Source of the DNA: Marsupella aquatica
Taxonomy: Eukaryota; Plantae; Marchantiophyta
Length of the DNA: 64,000 nt
Direction: 5' to 3'
Assembly: GCA_973895155.1 (NCBI GenBank)
Contig: OZ316892.1
Location: 30,605,328-30,669,327 of the forward strand
Positions within the stretch are counted from its first letter, which is position 1, and each line of letters starts with the position of its first letter. Shown in pieces: positions 49,201 through 59,095 of the stretch. The notes beneath the pieces were generated by a model, which had not been told where the DNA came from, searched no databases, and saw only the letters and a program-made list of their open reading frames with translations. The translations under genes and the position numbers were made by a program.

Positions 49201-49373
49201 CCTTTCGAGTAACCATGATGTTCCCCAATGGCTCCGTGCAATTGGCCAACATTACGGGAGAGGTATATCCAGTTCGCATCCATTATGACCGCCTCAAGAA
49301 ATACTATATGGACGAAGATGAAGTTGTTCGCGAGGACGCTTCACAATTAAGTGGGGAGCTATGTGATGCCTAG
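46107..49373 (+). CDS. pol: Pol (RT, RNase H, integrase) in the -1 frame relative to gag-PR
   Basis: WVSPIVIVPKK, DYRKLN, MPFGLCNAP, FIDDF, VDVSG, YSTTEREAL, TDHESL, H..GGH..C..CQ, WGIDYIGP, SDRGTHF and NGLTERAN. The stop lies inside the 3' LTR. Confidence 0.97.
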   Translation: MGSSSRDSGFSAGVVAEPTGSTTPSIIGKELNTKGSAYKPITRAEQIEALLEAERAQRPNSQEQEVDEMDRHDPEPRQEGEPTTNSKPNRPVRGQSMDTKEGTDSASPAEIPVYGGMRLERLEAELDPNLKKQINMIQARQYRKLDLGEGRELNLGRNLAPELEKEISDLLIKFQDVFAWSPQDLKGVDPTLGEHRIDLMLGAKSFRQPIRRMNPKYSRLVKTEIDKLVEAGFITPVLHSDWVSPIVIVPKKAGPDGKTKIRVCQDYRKLNEATLKDHFPLPFTDMVLDMVASHELYSFMDGYSGYNQIRIRQEDQIKTAFITEWGIYVFNRMPFGLCNAPAMFQRLMVNIFHDYLRKFMEIFIDDFAVFGKASKHAKYLRKTFMRCREVGLKLHPDKCFFAVTEGVLLGHKVSRKGIEIDKGKLAVWLDIMQPKNIKDVRSFLGCIGYYRRFIKDFAKLALPLTNMLKAGADFEPTPERVTAVVELKQMLVEAPVMIAPDWNKDFHVFVDVSGFCIGSVLSQLDEKRRDHPIYFASRQLADAERNYSTTEREALGVIYSCKKFRHYLLGYKVIFHTDHESLKYLVNKPDLTGRVARWILLLQEFDYELRIKPGKLHANADFFSRITGTPATDCIDDRFPDEELFVVEIAGTWYPEILQFLSTSRLQPGLSREQAAVFVRKVRQYQCIKGILHKHGINGTIQRCLEKTEVKRVLRAMHGEEAGGHFAPVTTSKKILNAGYWWPTLHKDVYQFIKQCDPCQRAGGPRASTRHPLHPILPLAPFEKWGIDYIGPLKPLTHPRRNKYIILATDYATKWVEARPTTKDDAITTARFMYEQIFTRYGAPLELVSDRGTHFLNDIISRLNEQYLVKHRPTTPYHPKANGLTERANGIIGKILNKTVAQNKLDWDDKLFAAVFAYNLAYKSTTGHTPFFLTFGQEALVPTQLEIPTFQVTIEERASAEESLKEREYRLEALEEARMISAERVEYRQNIMKQQYDKRLKVVSIHTGDLVLLYDSRYSRFPGKLYTRWLGPFRVTMMFPNGSVQLANITGEVYPVRIHYDRLKKYYMDEDEVVREDASQLSGELCDA
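46131..46190 (+). promoter_or_regulatory. Predicted -1 programmed ribosomal frameshift signal
   Basis: In-phase G GAT TTT (46131-46137), 5-nt spacer, perfect 10-bp stem GGCGTTGTGG/CCACAACGCC. Loop GCCGA is complementary to downstream TCGGC. Confidence 0.75.
49349..49361 (+). promoter_or_regulatory. Polypurine tract
   Basis: AAGTGGGGAGCTA immediately before TGTGATG. The same context is seen at 14832-14866 in the related remnant. Confidence 0.85.
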
Positions 49374-52300
49374 ACAGGAATCACTCGGCCGGTTAAGTGG
49401 GTAAAGCAGGAAGGCACCCTAGGAACACCTTAGTATAGTGACAAAACAAGGAAAATATAAACAATTAGGGGCAACCATGGAACCCGGGCAGAGGCCGGAG
49501 GTAAGGCTGAGGGTGAAAACCCGATTAGGGTTAGGGCGCGTTAAGCGTCGGCGGCTAGGAAGGATCAACGGGAAGAAGGACCGGCAGAGGAGAGGGGTAA
49601 GGAGCGCTTGCAGGAGATGGTGGCTCATTTGCGAGCACAAACTAGGCAGACGACTACGGGAGGCCAACTACTGTCAGCTGCTTAGGCAAGCACTCGGGGA
49701 GAGAGTAGATACCGACGATCAACCTAAGGAGGGTATGAGCAACGTCAATCAAGCGGCACATTTCTGGGGATGCCTGTTCGAACGGGCGACTGAGTACATC
49801 AAGACTTACGAGGACGAGGAGTCAGAAAGGGCAGCTCGAGAACGGCAGGAGCTCGCTCGATTGTGGGAGCTGCAGAAGACGGCTTTCTTAGGAGGCAAAC
49901 TCATCAAGGACGAGTTCCTGTGGACGCCTACTTCCAATCAACTCGACGATCTTCTGTTTTGCAAGGACAGCGTCGTCGGCATCCGAGAGGCCATCAAGAA
50001 CTGCAACGACATACACTGGGAATTAAAGGGTAGCACGGAAAGGTGGACCCAGGCAACGGTGCTAGGAGAAACCTCCACGGCAGCAGAGATGAAGAGGAAG
50101 GGAGCCGTCAACGATGAAGCCACCCCGGCAAAAAGAACGAGGTCGGCGGCACCAAAGAAGCCAGCCGAGCAGCAGAGCAGGAGGCAGGGAGAAGCCGAAG
50201 AGGAGGAGGTCGATCCCATCAAGGCCATTCCAACCAGGGATGACACCTGGAAGGGCTGGGCGGCAACCCTACCGGTGGAGGTGCAACTACATTTTGCACG
50301 GGAGGAGGATGCATGCTTTACGGCCATGCAGACCAAGAAGTACCAAGGCTTCATGGCCGGATCCGGCTTGGAGGCCTTTGTAAGATTACCATGGCTGAAG
50401 CCGGAGGTACCGGAGTCAGACCTATTAGAATTCGTGGGGTCATGGGAACCCGAGACCAATTGCACGAGGATATATGGGAAGGATTTCTATCTTACTCCCA
50501 AGGTGATTGCCGAAGTGTTTGGCTTGCCGATGGGCAATAAGACCAAAGTTGATACCAGGAAGACCTTGCCTGACAAGGAGTTCCGGTCGTTCCCCGGGCC
50601 ATCAACGAAGAATGGCTTCTTCCGGAACACCTGCACCAACCCGCACATAGGAGAGATGATCGACTTCTTGCGGGTGACCATGCATTGTAACTTGCCGAGG
50701 GCAGAGATCGGCAAGGCACAGGTCTATCTGGCAGAAAGGCCAGACCCAAGCCGGGACTACAACGGGTACCTCCTCAACCAATTGAAGAAGATCTTAAAGG
50801 AGGAGCAGCAGGTAATCGGCATGGGGAGCGTGTCTCGGCTTGGCTATCACATGCCGCTGTTGTGCCGGTATGCCAGAGGTCAGACTTTTGCCCCGGTACT
50901 TCCCCTGCAGGTAAGGGCACCCGAGGAAGCTCCAACGCCGAGGCCGTTGGCTGAGAAGCCTCAACCACCTGTTAGTCCTACGATCGAGCAGGTGTTTAGG
51001 CCCAGGAAGAAGGACTTGCCGATGCAGCAACCAGGCATGCAGAGTCTGCTGAAACTACTGGAGAAAGAAAAGAAATCGGCATCGGCAACAACAACGGCAA
51101 CGGCAACAATGCAGGACACTACTACAGAGGTAGGCCTACACCGGCTCACAAGAGAAAACCCCTTTGCTGGAGACAAGGAGAGAATCAGGCCGGAATCCAA
51201 GCCAGGTGTTCGAATGTACGTGGGAACCTCAAGCTCCGAATCTGAGGCAGAATTGCCTGAAGCTCCTACCGAGGAAGAGGAGAGGGAGAAGCCGGAAATC
51301 CAAGAGGTAGAGGAGGCAGTGGAGGACTGCAGCCATGATAATTCCGGCTATGGGTCGGACCATCACGTTCCAGGAGTAAGGACCTGTGGCCGGTTTGTCC
51401 CCACACTTCCAAGGGTAGTGCGAGGGGACCCCAACCAGCAGAGTAGCCCTGAGTCTCCCCCACCAGATGTTGCTCCCCCGAGCTTCGACGGCATAAAACA
51501 GACGGTGCAGGAATTTCAGGAGCGAATCAAGCAGGAGGAAGAGGCCGCCCTGGCTAAGGAAAAGGATTTACCAGGAGGAGATTGGCCGGAGGACATCAGG
51601 CGGCTAGCCGAAAAAGGAAGCAAACCTCTAGCCACGATTGAAGAGATCCGCAGGACGGCTTGGGAGCAGAGGCCACGATGGGCGATGCCGATCACTTCTA
51701 CTTACTCCACCTACGCTAAGAATAGAGCCATGGAGTATGGTGAGATGTGTGGGGAACTTGCGCTCGGCATCTTTGGAGAGGAGTTGGAGGTAGGACCCTT
51801 TTTCCATAGGGAGCAGTTGGAGAAGCACCAATTAGAAGAAGCGGTGGCTTTAGAGAGAAGCAAGAAGGACGAGGTCATTCGGCGGCTTAGGAGGATGGAA
51901 GCCGAGATTGAAGATCTAAGGGCGGCCAAGAAAGCCCAAGATGAACTGCGGATTAAACGACATGAGCTGAACATCATGCAGGGGCAGTTGGACGCCGCGC
52001 AGGCTGATAATCAGAATATCAAGGATAAACTGACTCAGACGCAGGAAGAGTTGGCCGACACGATCAAAGAAAGGGAAAAGTGGAAGCAAGAGCTGAAGAA
52101 TACAGAGGAGGCCCACATAACAACCAACAGCCGGGCCATGGCGGAGACCCAAAGAAAGGAATGGGCGTTGAAAGGGGAGCTCGAGAAAATCCGCGGAGCC
52201 CTTGAGCAGAAGGAGGTCGAGTTAGGGAAATCCTATCAAGGGATTATGGCGCTGCAGCAGGAGCTTGCGTCCCTGACGGCCAGCTTCAAGGCCGACCTAA

Positions 52301-54045
52301 GGGAGAAGGACGAGATGCTCGAACAGACTTACGCCAAGATGAACCAGATGGAGTCTGTCATCATTGCAGAGCTCGACAAGGAGCTAAGAGCAACCCAGGA
52401 GGAGAAGGCTACCTTGAAGAAGGAATTGGAGGAAGCCCACAGGGAGCAGGAGGAGGCCAAAAACGAGCTGGAGGGGGCACGTAAGGACCTGGATGAAACC
52501 CAAGAGGAGTTGGAGGAAATCACGAGGAAGATGGAGAACCTACAGCGGCGGGCCGACAACCAAACAGAGCGGCTGAAGAAACAAGCCGCAGTATTTAAAT
52601 GCTTAGCTGTAGCAGGTCCATCTCCTGTTGGGACAAACCAGTTACCAGGGGTGGTAATTGCCGAAGGACAAGCCGCGCCACCTGCACCAGTGCCGGAGGT
52701 AAGTGGGAAGGGGAAGGGACCAGCTGCCGAGCCACCAACGAAGAAGAAGCGGAAACCTTCAGGGTCAAGGAGTAATACGACTTCACAGGCCGTGGTGATC
52801 AAGGAGGTAGACCCAGCACCGACCCCAGACAGGGTCACGGCTAAGGATCCAACTACCCTAGGGGAAGGGGAGGCCGAAGCCGTGGGAGTGGCTGAGGCCG
52901 AAGCCGTGGGAGTGGCTGAAGCCGAAGCCGTGGGGGTGGCTGAAGCCAAAGCCGTGGGTATTGCCGAGGCCGGTGTCGAGGCTGAAGCCGAAGGTGGACC
53001 CAGTCAGGCCGAGGAAGAGTTGACTCGGTCAAGGGCAGGTAATCTGTCAGTAGGCGGGCCAACGGCAGTGGCTGCGGAGGAAGTGTTGGGGGCGTCCATT
53101 GAGGATCCACCACCGGTGTCGTGACGGTGCAAGGGCGCCGTTCCTTTTAGGGAGGGCGGACGTGGAGGGAGGAGGCGTGAGTGGGCAGGGCGGGCACGGA
53201 TCTCCACGTTTAGGATTAGGATCAGAACCAGGAGCGGCCCTGACACTTAGCTTAGTGGGATTGCGGTCCCACTGGTAGGAGCAACACTTGTGCTCCTGCC
53301 TTGCTGTACATAGGTAGATTCGGGCAAGTAGATTACTGTTAAGTAGATTAGGCTTACGATGCAAAGAATGGCGGATCCACTACCAGGATAAGTACCTGGG
53401 CAGCGGGGAGCTCAGGGCCTCTTCTTTAGCAAGTTTTTAGTTTGCACCAGCCGGGCTGGGATCAAGTAGTACGAGAAGCTCTCGGTTAGTCATACAGTGA
53501 CCCTTGTGTATATTCATGTTTCCTCATGCCTAAGAGCTGAATAGAGTTGGCCTCACGGCTTAGTTCGCAGAACTTGTGTATGAGATGTACTGTTTGTATG
53601 GCAAGTGCATGGTATGACTCAGTCAGAATGAGTCATTTTGCTATTTGTGTGTCGCATTAACTTGTGTGAAGAGTGCCCACATCAACAGAAGGAAGGAAAG
53701 TAAGCAGGGGAGTGAGAGTTGGATGTGTCGAGCTGAGAGAGGTCTTAGCGGCTTAACCAAGCCTATTGGGGATCATTCCGGCGGCGGAATCCAAACATAC
53801 CTAACAAGACGGAGGGGAAGACAGGGGAAGACAGGGGAAGGCCTATATTAGGCCGGCTACGTATCTCATGACCCGATGAAGGATCTGTCCAGTATATGTG
53901 TGTAAAATGTTAATAGTAGTAGTAGAAGGTTAGCAGCGTCCCATGCCGCTAAGCCGCGGAAACGGCCTCGCCAAGCGTGAAACCCGCGGGAATCGGCTTG
54001 AGCTGGGGGGTTGCTTGGGTTTAGGGAGCCATGGGACGCACCACA
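49362..54045 (+). repeat. 3' LTR (4684 bp)
   Basis: Copy of 38478-43137 with a 24-bp insertion, followed by TSD CGGCT. Confidence 0.96.
49477..53124 (+). CDS. LTR-encoded protein, 3' LTR copy
   Basis: Open from GTG 49438, first ATG 49477. Nearly identical to the 5' copy, with 8 extra aa. Confidence 0.85.
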   Translation: MEPGQRPEVRLRVKTRLGLGRVKRRRLGRINGKKDRQRRGVRSACRRWWLICEHKLGRRLREANYCQLLRQALGERVDTDDQPKEGMSNVNQAAHFWGCLFERATEYIKTYEDEESERAARERQELARLWELQKTAFLGGKLIKDEFLWTPTSNQLDDLLFCKDSVVGIREAIKNCNDIHWELKGSTERWTQATVLGETSTAAEMKRKGAVNDEATPAKRTRSAAPKKPAEQQSRRQGEAEEEEVDPIKAIPTRDDTWKGWAATLPVEVQLHFAREEDACFTAMQTKKYQGFMAGSGLEAFVRLPWLKPEVPESDLLEFVGSWEPETNCTRIYGKDFYLTPKVIAEVFGLPMGNKTKVDTRKTLPDKEFRSFPGPSTKNGFFRNTCTNPHIGEMIDFLRVTMHCNLPRAEIGKAQVYLAERPDPSRDYNGYLLNQLKKILKEEQQVIGMGSVSRLGYHMPLLCRYARGQTFAPVLPLQVRAPEEAPTPRPLAEKPQPPVSPTIEQVFRPRKKDLPMQQPGMQSLLKLLEKEKKSASATTTATATMQDTTTEVGLHRLTRENPFAGDKERIRPESKPGVRMYVGTSSSESEAELPEAPTEEEEREKPEIQEVEEAVEDCSHDNSGYGSDHHVPGVRTCGRFVPTLPRVVRGDPNQQSSPESPPPDVAPPSFDGIKQTVQEFQERIKQEEEAALAKEKDLPGGDWPEDIRRLAEKGSKPLATIEEIRRTAWEQRPRWAMPITSTYSTYAKNRAMEYGEMCGELALGIFGEELEVGPFFHREQLEKHQLEEAVALERSKKDEVIRRLRRMEAEIEDLRAAKKAQDELRIKRHELNIMQGQLDAAQADNQNIKDKLTQTQEELADTIKEREKWKQELKNTEEAHITTNSRAMAETQRKEWALKGELEKIRGALEQKEVELGKSYQGIMALQQELASLTASFKADLREKDEMLEQTYAKMNQMESVIIAELDKELRATQEEKATLKKELEEAHREQEEAKNELEGARKDLDETQEELEEITRKMENLQRRADNQTERLKKQAAVFKCLAVAGPSPVGTNQLPGVVIAEGQAAPPAPVPEVSGKGKGPAAEPPTKKKRKPSGSRSNTTSQAVVIKEVDPAPTPDRVTAKDPTTLGEGEAEAVGVAEAEAVGVAEAEAVGVAEAKAVGIAEAGVEAEAEGGPSQAEEELTRSRAGNLSVGGPTAVAAEEVLGASIEDPPPVS

Positions 54046-56705
54046 CGGCTGTTGGCTGTTATGTGGGCCTCCTCTGTATTCTTCAGCTCTTGCTTCCACT
54101 TCTCCCTCTCTTTGATCGTGTCGGCCAACTCTCCCTGCGTCTGAGTCAGTTTATCCTTGATATTCTGATTATCAGCCTGGGCGGTGTCCAACTGCCCCTG
54201 CATAATGTTCAGCTCATGTCGTTTAATCCGCAGTTCATCTTGGGCTTTCTTGGCCGCCCTTAGATCTTCAATCTCGGCTTCCATCCTCCTAAGCCGCCGA
54301 ATGACCTCGTCCTTCTTGCTTCTCTCTAAAGCCACCGCTTCTTCTAATTGGTGCTTCTCCAACTGCTCCTTATGGAAAAAGGGTCCTACTTCCAACTCCT
54401 CTCCAAAGATGTCGAGCGCAAGTTCCCCACACATCTCACCATACTCCATGGCTCTATTCTTAGCGTAGGTGGAGTAAGTAGAAGTGATCGGCATCGCCCA
54501 TCGCGGCCTCTGCTCCCAAGCCGTCTTGCGGATCTCTTCAATCGTGGCTAGAGGTTTGCTTCCTTTTTTGGCTAGCCGCCTGATGTCCTCCGGCCAATCT
54601 CCTCCTGGTAAATCCTTTTCCCTAGCCAGGGCTGCCTCCTCTTCCTGCTTGATTCGCTCCTGAAATTCCTGCACCGTCTGTTTTATGCCGTCGAAGCTCG
54701 GGGGAGCAACATCTGGTGGGGGAGACTCAGGGCTACTCTGCTGGTTGGGGTCCCCTCGCACTACCCTTGGAAGTGTGGGGACAAACCGGCCACAGGTCCT
54801 TACTCCTGGGACGTGATGGTCCGACCCATAGCCGGAATTATCATGGCTGCAGTCCTCCACTGCCTCCTCTACTTCTTGGCCGTCCGGCTTCTCCCTCTCC
54901 TCTTCGTCGGTAGGAGCTTCAGGCAATTCTGCCTCAGATTCGGAGCTTGAGATTCCCACATACATTCGAACACCTGGCTTGGATTCAGGCCTGATTTTCT
55001 CCTTGTCTCCAGCAAAGGGGTTTTCTCTTGTGAGCCGGTGTAGGCCTACCTCTGTAGTAGTGTCCTGCATTGTTGCCATTGCCGTTGTTGTTGCCGATGC
55101 CGATTTCTTTTCTTTCTCCAGTAGTTTCAGCAGACTCTGCATGCCTGGTTGCTGCATCGGCAAGTCCTCCTTCCTGGGCCTAAACACCTGCTCGATCGTA
55201 GGGCTAACAGGTGGTTGAGGCTTCTCAGCCAACGGCCTCGGCGTTGGAGCTTCCTCGGGTGCCCTTACCTGCAGGGGAAGTACCGGGGCAAAAGTCTGAC
55301 CTCTGGCATACCGGCACAACAGCGGCATGTGATAGCCAAGCCGCGACACGCTCCCCATGCCGATTACCTGCTGCTCCTCCTTTAAGATCTTCTTCAATTG
55401 GTTGAGAAGGTACCCGTTGTAGTCCCGGCTTGGGTCTGGCCTTTCTGCCAGATAGACCTGTGCCTTGCCGATCTCTGCCCTCGGCAAGTTACAATGCATG
55501 GTCACCCGCAAGAAGTCGATCATCTCTCCTATGTGCGGGTTGGTGCAGGTGTTCCGGAAGAAGCCATTCTTCGTTGATGGCCCGGGGAATGACCGGAACT
55601 CCTTGTCAGGCAAAGTCTTCCTGGTATCAACTTTGGTCTTATTGCCTATCGGCAAGCCAAACACTTCGGCAATTACCTTGGGAGTAAGATAGAAATCCTT
55701 CCCATATATCCTCGTGCAATTGGTCTCGGGTTCCCATGACCCCACGAATTCTAATAGGTCTGACTCCGGTACCTCCGGCTTCAGCCATGGTAATCTTACA
55801 AAGGCCTCTAAGCCGGATCCGACCATGAAGCCTTGGTACTTCTTGGTCTGCATGGCCGTGAAGCATGCATCCTCCTCCCGTGCAAAATGTAGTTGCACCT
55901 CCACCGGTAGGGTTGCCGCCCAGCCCTTCCAGGTGTCATCCCTGGTTGGAATGGCCTTGATGGGATCGACCTCCTCCTCTTCGGCTTCTCCCTGCCTCCT
56001 GCTCTGCTGCTCGGCTGGCTTCTTTGGTGCTGCCGACCTCGTTCTTTTTGCCGGGGTGGCTTCATCGTTGACGGCTCCCTTCCTCTTCATCTCTGCTGCC
56101 GTGGAGGTTTCTCCTAGCACCGTTGCCTGGGTCCACCTTTCCGTGCTACCCTTTAATTCCCAGTGTATGTCGTTGCAGTTCTTGATGGCCTCTCGGATGC
56201 CGACGACGCTGTCTTTGCAAAACAGAAGATCGTCGAGTTGATTGGAAGTAGGCGTCCACAGGAACTCGTCCTTGATGAGTTCGCCTCCTAAGAAAGCCGT
56301 CTTCTGCAGCTCCCACAATCGAGCGAGCTCCTGCCGTTCTCGAGCTGCCCTTTCTGATTCCTCGTCCTCGTAAGTCTTGATGTACTCAGTTGCCCATTCG
56401 AACAGGCATCCCCAGAAATGTGCCGCTTGATTGACGTTGCTCATACCCTCCTTAGGTCGATCGTCGGTATCTACTCTCTCCCCGAGTGCTTGCTTAAGCA
56501 GCTGACAGTAGTTGGCCTCCCGTAGTCGTCTGCCTAGTTCGTGCTCGCAAATGAGCCACCATCTCCTACAAGCGCTCCTTACCCCTCTCCTCTGCCGGTC
56601 CTTCTTCCCGTTGATCCTTCCTAGCCGCCGACGCTTAACGCGCCCTAACCCTAATCGAGTTTTCACCCTCAGCGTCCTTACCTCCGGCCTCGGCCCGGGT
56701 TCCAT
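54046..56705 (-). pseudogene. N-terminal ~885 aa of the LTR-encoded ORF in the solo LTR, interrupted by the insertion
   Basis: Uninterrupted frame with high identity to the LTR ORF up to ...HITANSR, then a short read-through into the inserted LTR (stop at 54021). Confidence 0.92.
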
Positions 56706-58984
56706 GGTTGCCCCTAATGGTTTATATTTTCCTTGTTTTGTCCCTATACTAAGGTGTTCCTAGGGTGCCTTCCTGCTTTACCCACTTAACTGGCCGAGTG
56801 ATTCCTGTCTAGGCATCACATATGCTTACTGTCATAGGTATATTTCTATTCCGCCGCCGGAATGTACCCATAAACCAGTGACTCCTGACTGATTCCCGAC
56901 TTAGGGACTTCTAAGCCATTGCCCCACCACTCTGCCATTCCACTCTTAGCAATCAGAGCTATGACAGTCCTCACCCAGCCCGCTTCAATGCACCCTGTAC
57001 ACCTCTCAGTGGCACTGCTAGTCCCATCATACACTCAGATTGCCTCACACACACACACATCCATGAGAGAAATGAGGCCTGAGAGGAAAACTCAATTAGA
57101 TTCAAAGATGTGCACAATAGCTCACTGAGAACACTTGATCCGAACACTAGGGCCGAAGGCTGTCTCCTCCAGATTGTGGCATGCTTGCCCCGCAAGCCCC
57201 ATGCTTGCCATGCAAGCTCAATCCTGAACCTGAGCCCGGCTCACTCCAGATTGCGACGGCAGATTGGACTCAAACCAATCCCGTACTTGCCTTGCAAACT
57301 CAATCCTGAACTCAACCTCCTTCACTGCACTTCATTCTTGGGGGCACATACAGATCTCACACCTCCAATTCAGAACGTCAAGTTACGCATACATAGTTGA
57401 CTCGACTTCAAAGCTAGTACCAGGCCTAACGGCGATCTACCCCAGACTACAATGAGGCCCGGCCTCACGCTTGCCCTGCAAGCTCCGCTCTGGCCATAGA
57501 TCCCTTAGTGCTCTCCACCAGACAAAGGCCGGGACTCCCCATGGATCACGTAGCCTTGCCGGACTGAACTGTAAATGCTCCTCCTGTTGCCCCTCAATCA
57601 ATGTCTCAGCCTCCCTAATGTGCTCACCACAAATCAAATTGACATCCTCCCCACAGTTTACAATCACCAATACATCACCTATCACCAAGGCTCTGTATCG
57701 GGGGAAAAGAACCCAGTTGTGCTACCCACTAGAAAGAGCCACAATCCAGCTCGCAAACCTAGCAACCCGTTGCTGTGAAGCTTGGCTGATTACTCCCTGA
57801 GTAATAGCACAACCAAGCTCTCCCCAACACGCAGCATCCAAGTCCAGCCTTGCTTGCACAGAGCTCCTCCCTACTGCTCAGTCTAAGTGAGATCACACAA
57901 CTGAAGTCCCCCCCCCTTGCCTCTACCGGGGGGCTGCTCTATATACTCTCATACTGAGCCCAAATGGGTGGATACTACGCTACTGGAGCCCCATCCCAGC
58001 CCTAACAGAGCCGCCACTATCTCTAACTACTGAACCCTAACTCGCAACTTTATTTCTATCTCGAATTGGCTATGTACTTCGGATTTGGCCCTCCTCCATG
58101 GTTTTCGCGAGCTTGCGCCTCCTCTCCTGATTTCTCTATTCAACCATTTGCTGCGTGGATAGCAGCGTTGGAAGCGGCTTGAGCTCCTCTTTCCAACGAG
58201 GTCAATTATAGCCGATTTGGTCAAATACACAGAGAGTTATGCCCCCGCAACCGAGAGGGGGTACTCACTGCTGCGCTAACCCGAGTTCGGCTAACCTAGC
58301 TATCCTATCTAACCCGAGTAGAGCTAACCCGTGGTCTCAGGTTAGGCCGCTACCCGCTATCCGCTAACCGCTAACCTAAGCTGAGCCCGAACCCGAGCTT
58401 ACCTATGCTAACACTAGAAGAAAACCACCCATTCTGAGACCCTCCCCTATGTGACTTGTGCAAGACCTTCATAAATATGCGACTCCAAGTTTGTGGGTGT
58501 CATGTTAGTTACATCATACCAACTAAGTTTTGGTGAGGCTGTGGGAAGTCATGCTTACAACTTTATCCAATGTCGCTATTGTAACACTGGTAAGTAAGAA
58601 ATAGGTAAGTTATGTTAGTTACTCCACAATAGTGCATTGGACATCATTTTTTAAAATTCCGTCAGCATGCATACCCCATTAGCCAATTTCGGATGCCAAT
58701 CCCTAATGTGCAACTCCCGGTGCAACTACATATTGCACACTCATGGTTCAATAAGTCCAAATCTAAATGGGTATAAATATGGGGGTTTTCATCAAAATGG
58801 TGGGTACTTTCACTTATAATGTGGGGTCATACCTGACTATATTTGGCCTTGTTCTTGACCAAAATGCACTCTCCCCACATTGAACTTTTTGCTAAGTCAT
58901 TTGCATTTGTTCTTTTATGTCCAAACCAACCTGTTTGCTAAGTCACTCGATGGCTGCCCACATGTGAGGGGTACTACTTTCCCT

Positions 58985-59095
58985 CAGGGTCAGTGTACCT
59001 TGGAGGTTGGTTTTGCGAGAGAAATTGGGGCCCGTGCCCTAAGTGTTCAGGGTCAGTGTGCCGCGGAGGTTGGTTTTGCGAGGGAAATTGGGAGT
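58985..59095. repeat. Direct repeat, ~63-bp period
   Basis: CAGGGTCAGTGT...GGAGGTTGGTTTTGCGAG.GAAATTGGG occurs twice. Confidence 0.8.

Larger units (their letters stand above)
38478..54045 (+). mobile_element. Intact Ty3/gypsy non-chromovirus (Athila-like pol) LTR retrotransposon, 15,568 bp, with giant coding LTRs
   Basis: TG..CA LTRs of 4660 and 4684 bp, TSD CGGCT (38473-38477 and 54046-54050), PBS, PPT and uninterrupted gag-PR and RT-RH-INT frames. No chromodomain or extra archaeal RNase H seen. Confidence 0.97.
36615..56820 (-). mobile_element. Solo giant LTR (~4.63 kb: 36615-38477 plus 54051-56820) of the same gypsy family, split by a full-length insertion
   Basis: On the minus strand it starts TGTGATGCCTAGAC at 56820 and ends GCACCATA at 36615 (CA mutated to TA). 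Flanked by 5-bp TSD TATGC (36610-36614 and 56821-56825). No PBS, PPT or internal region. Confidence 0.95.
36317..58411 (-). mobile_element. Putative LTR of another retrotransposon (segments 36317-36614 and 56826-58411), hosting the solo LTR and interrupted by CACTA-2
   Basis: Begins abruptly with TGTCAC inside the repeat array, is non-coding, shares a ~37-bp motif with the giant LTR in the same orientation, and has a TATATA box near 57940. Its other end is outside the window. Confidence 0.45.
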
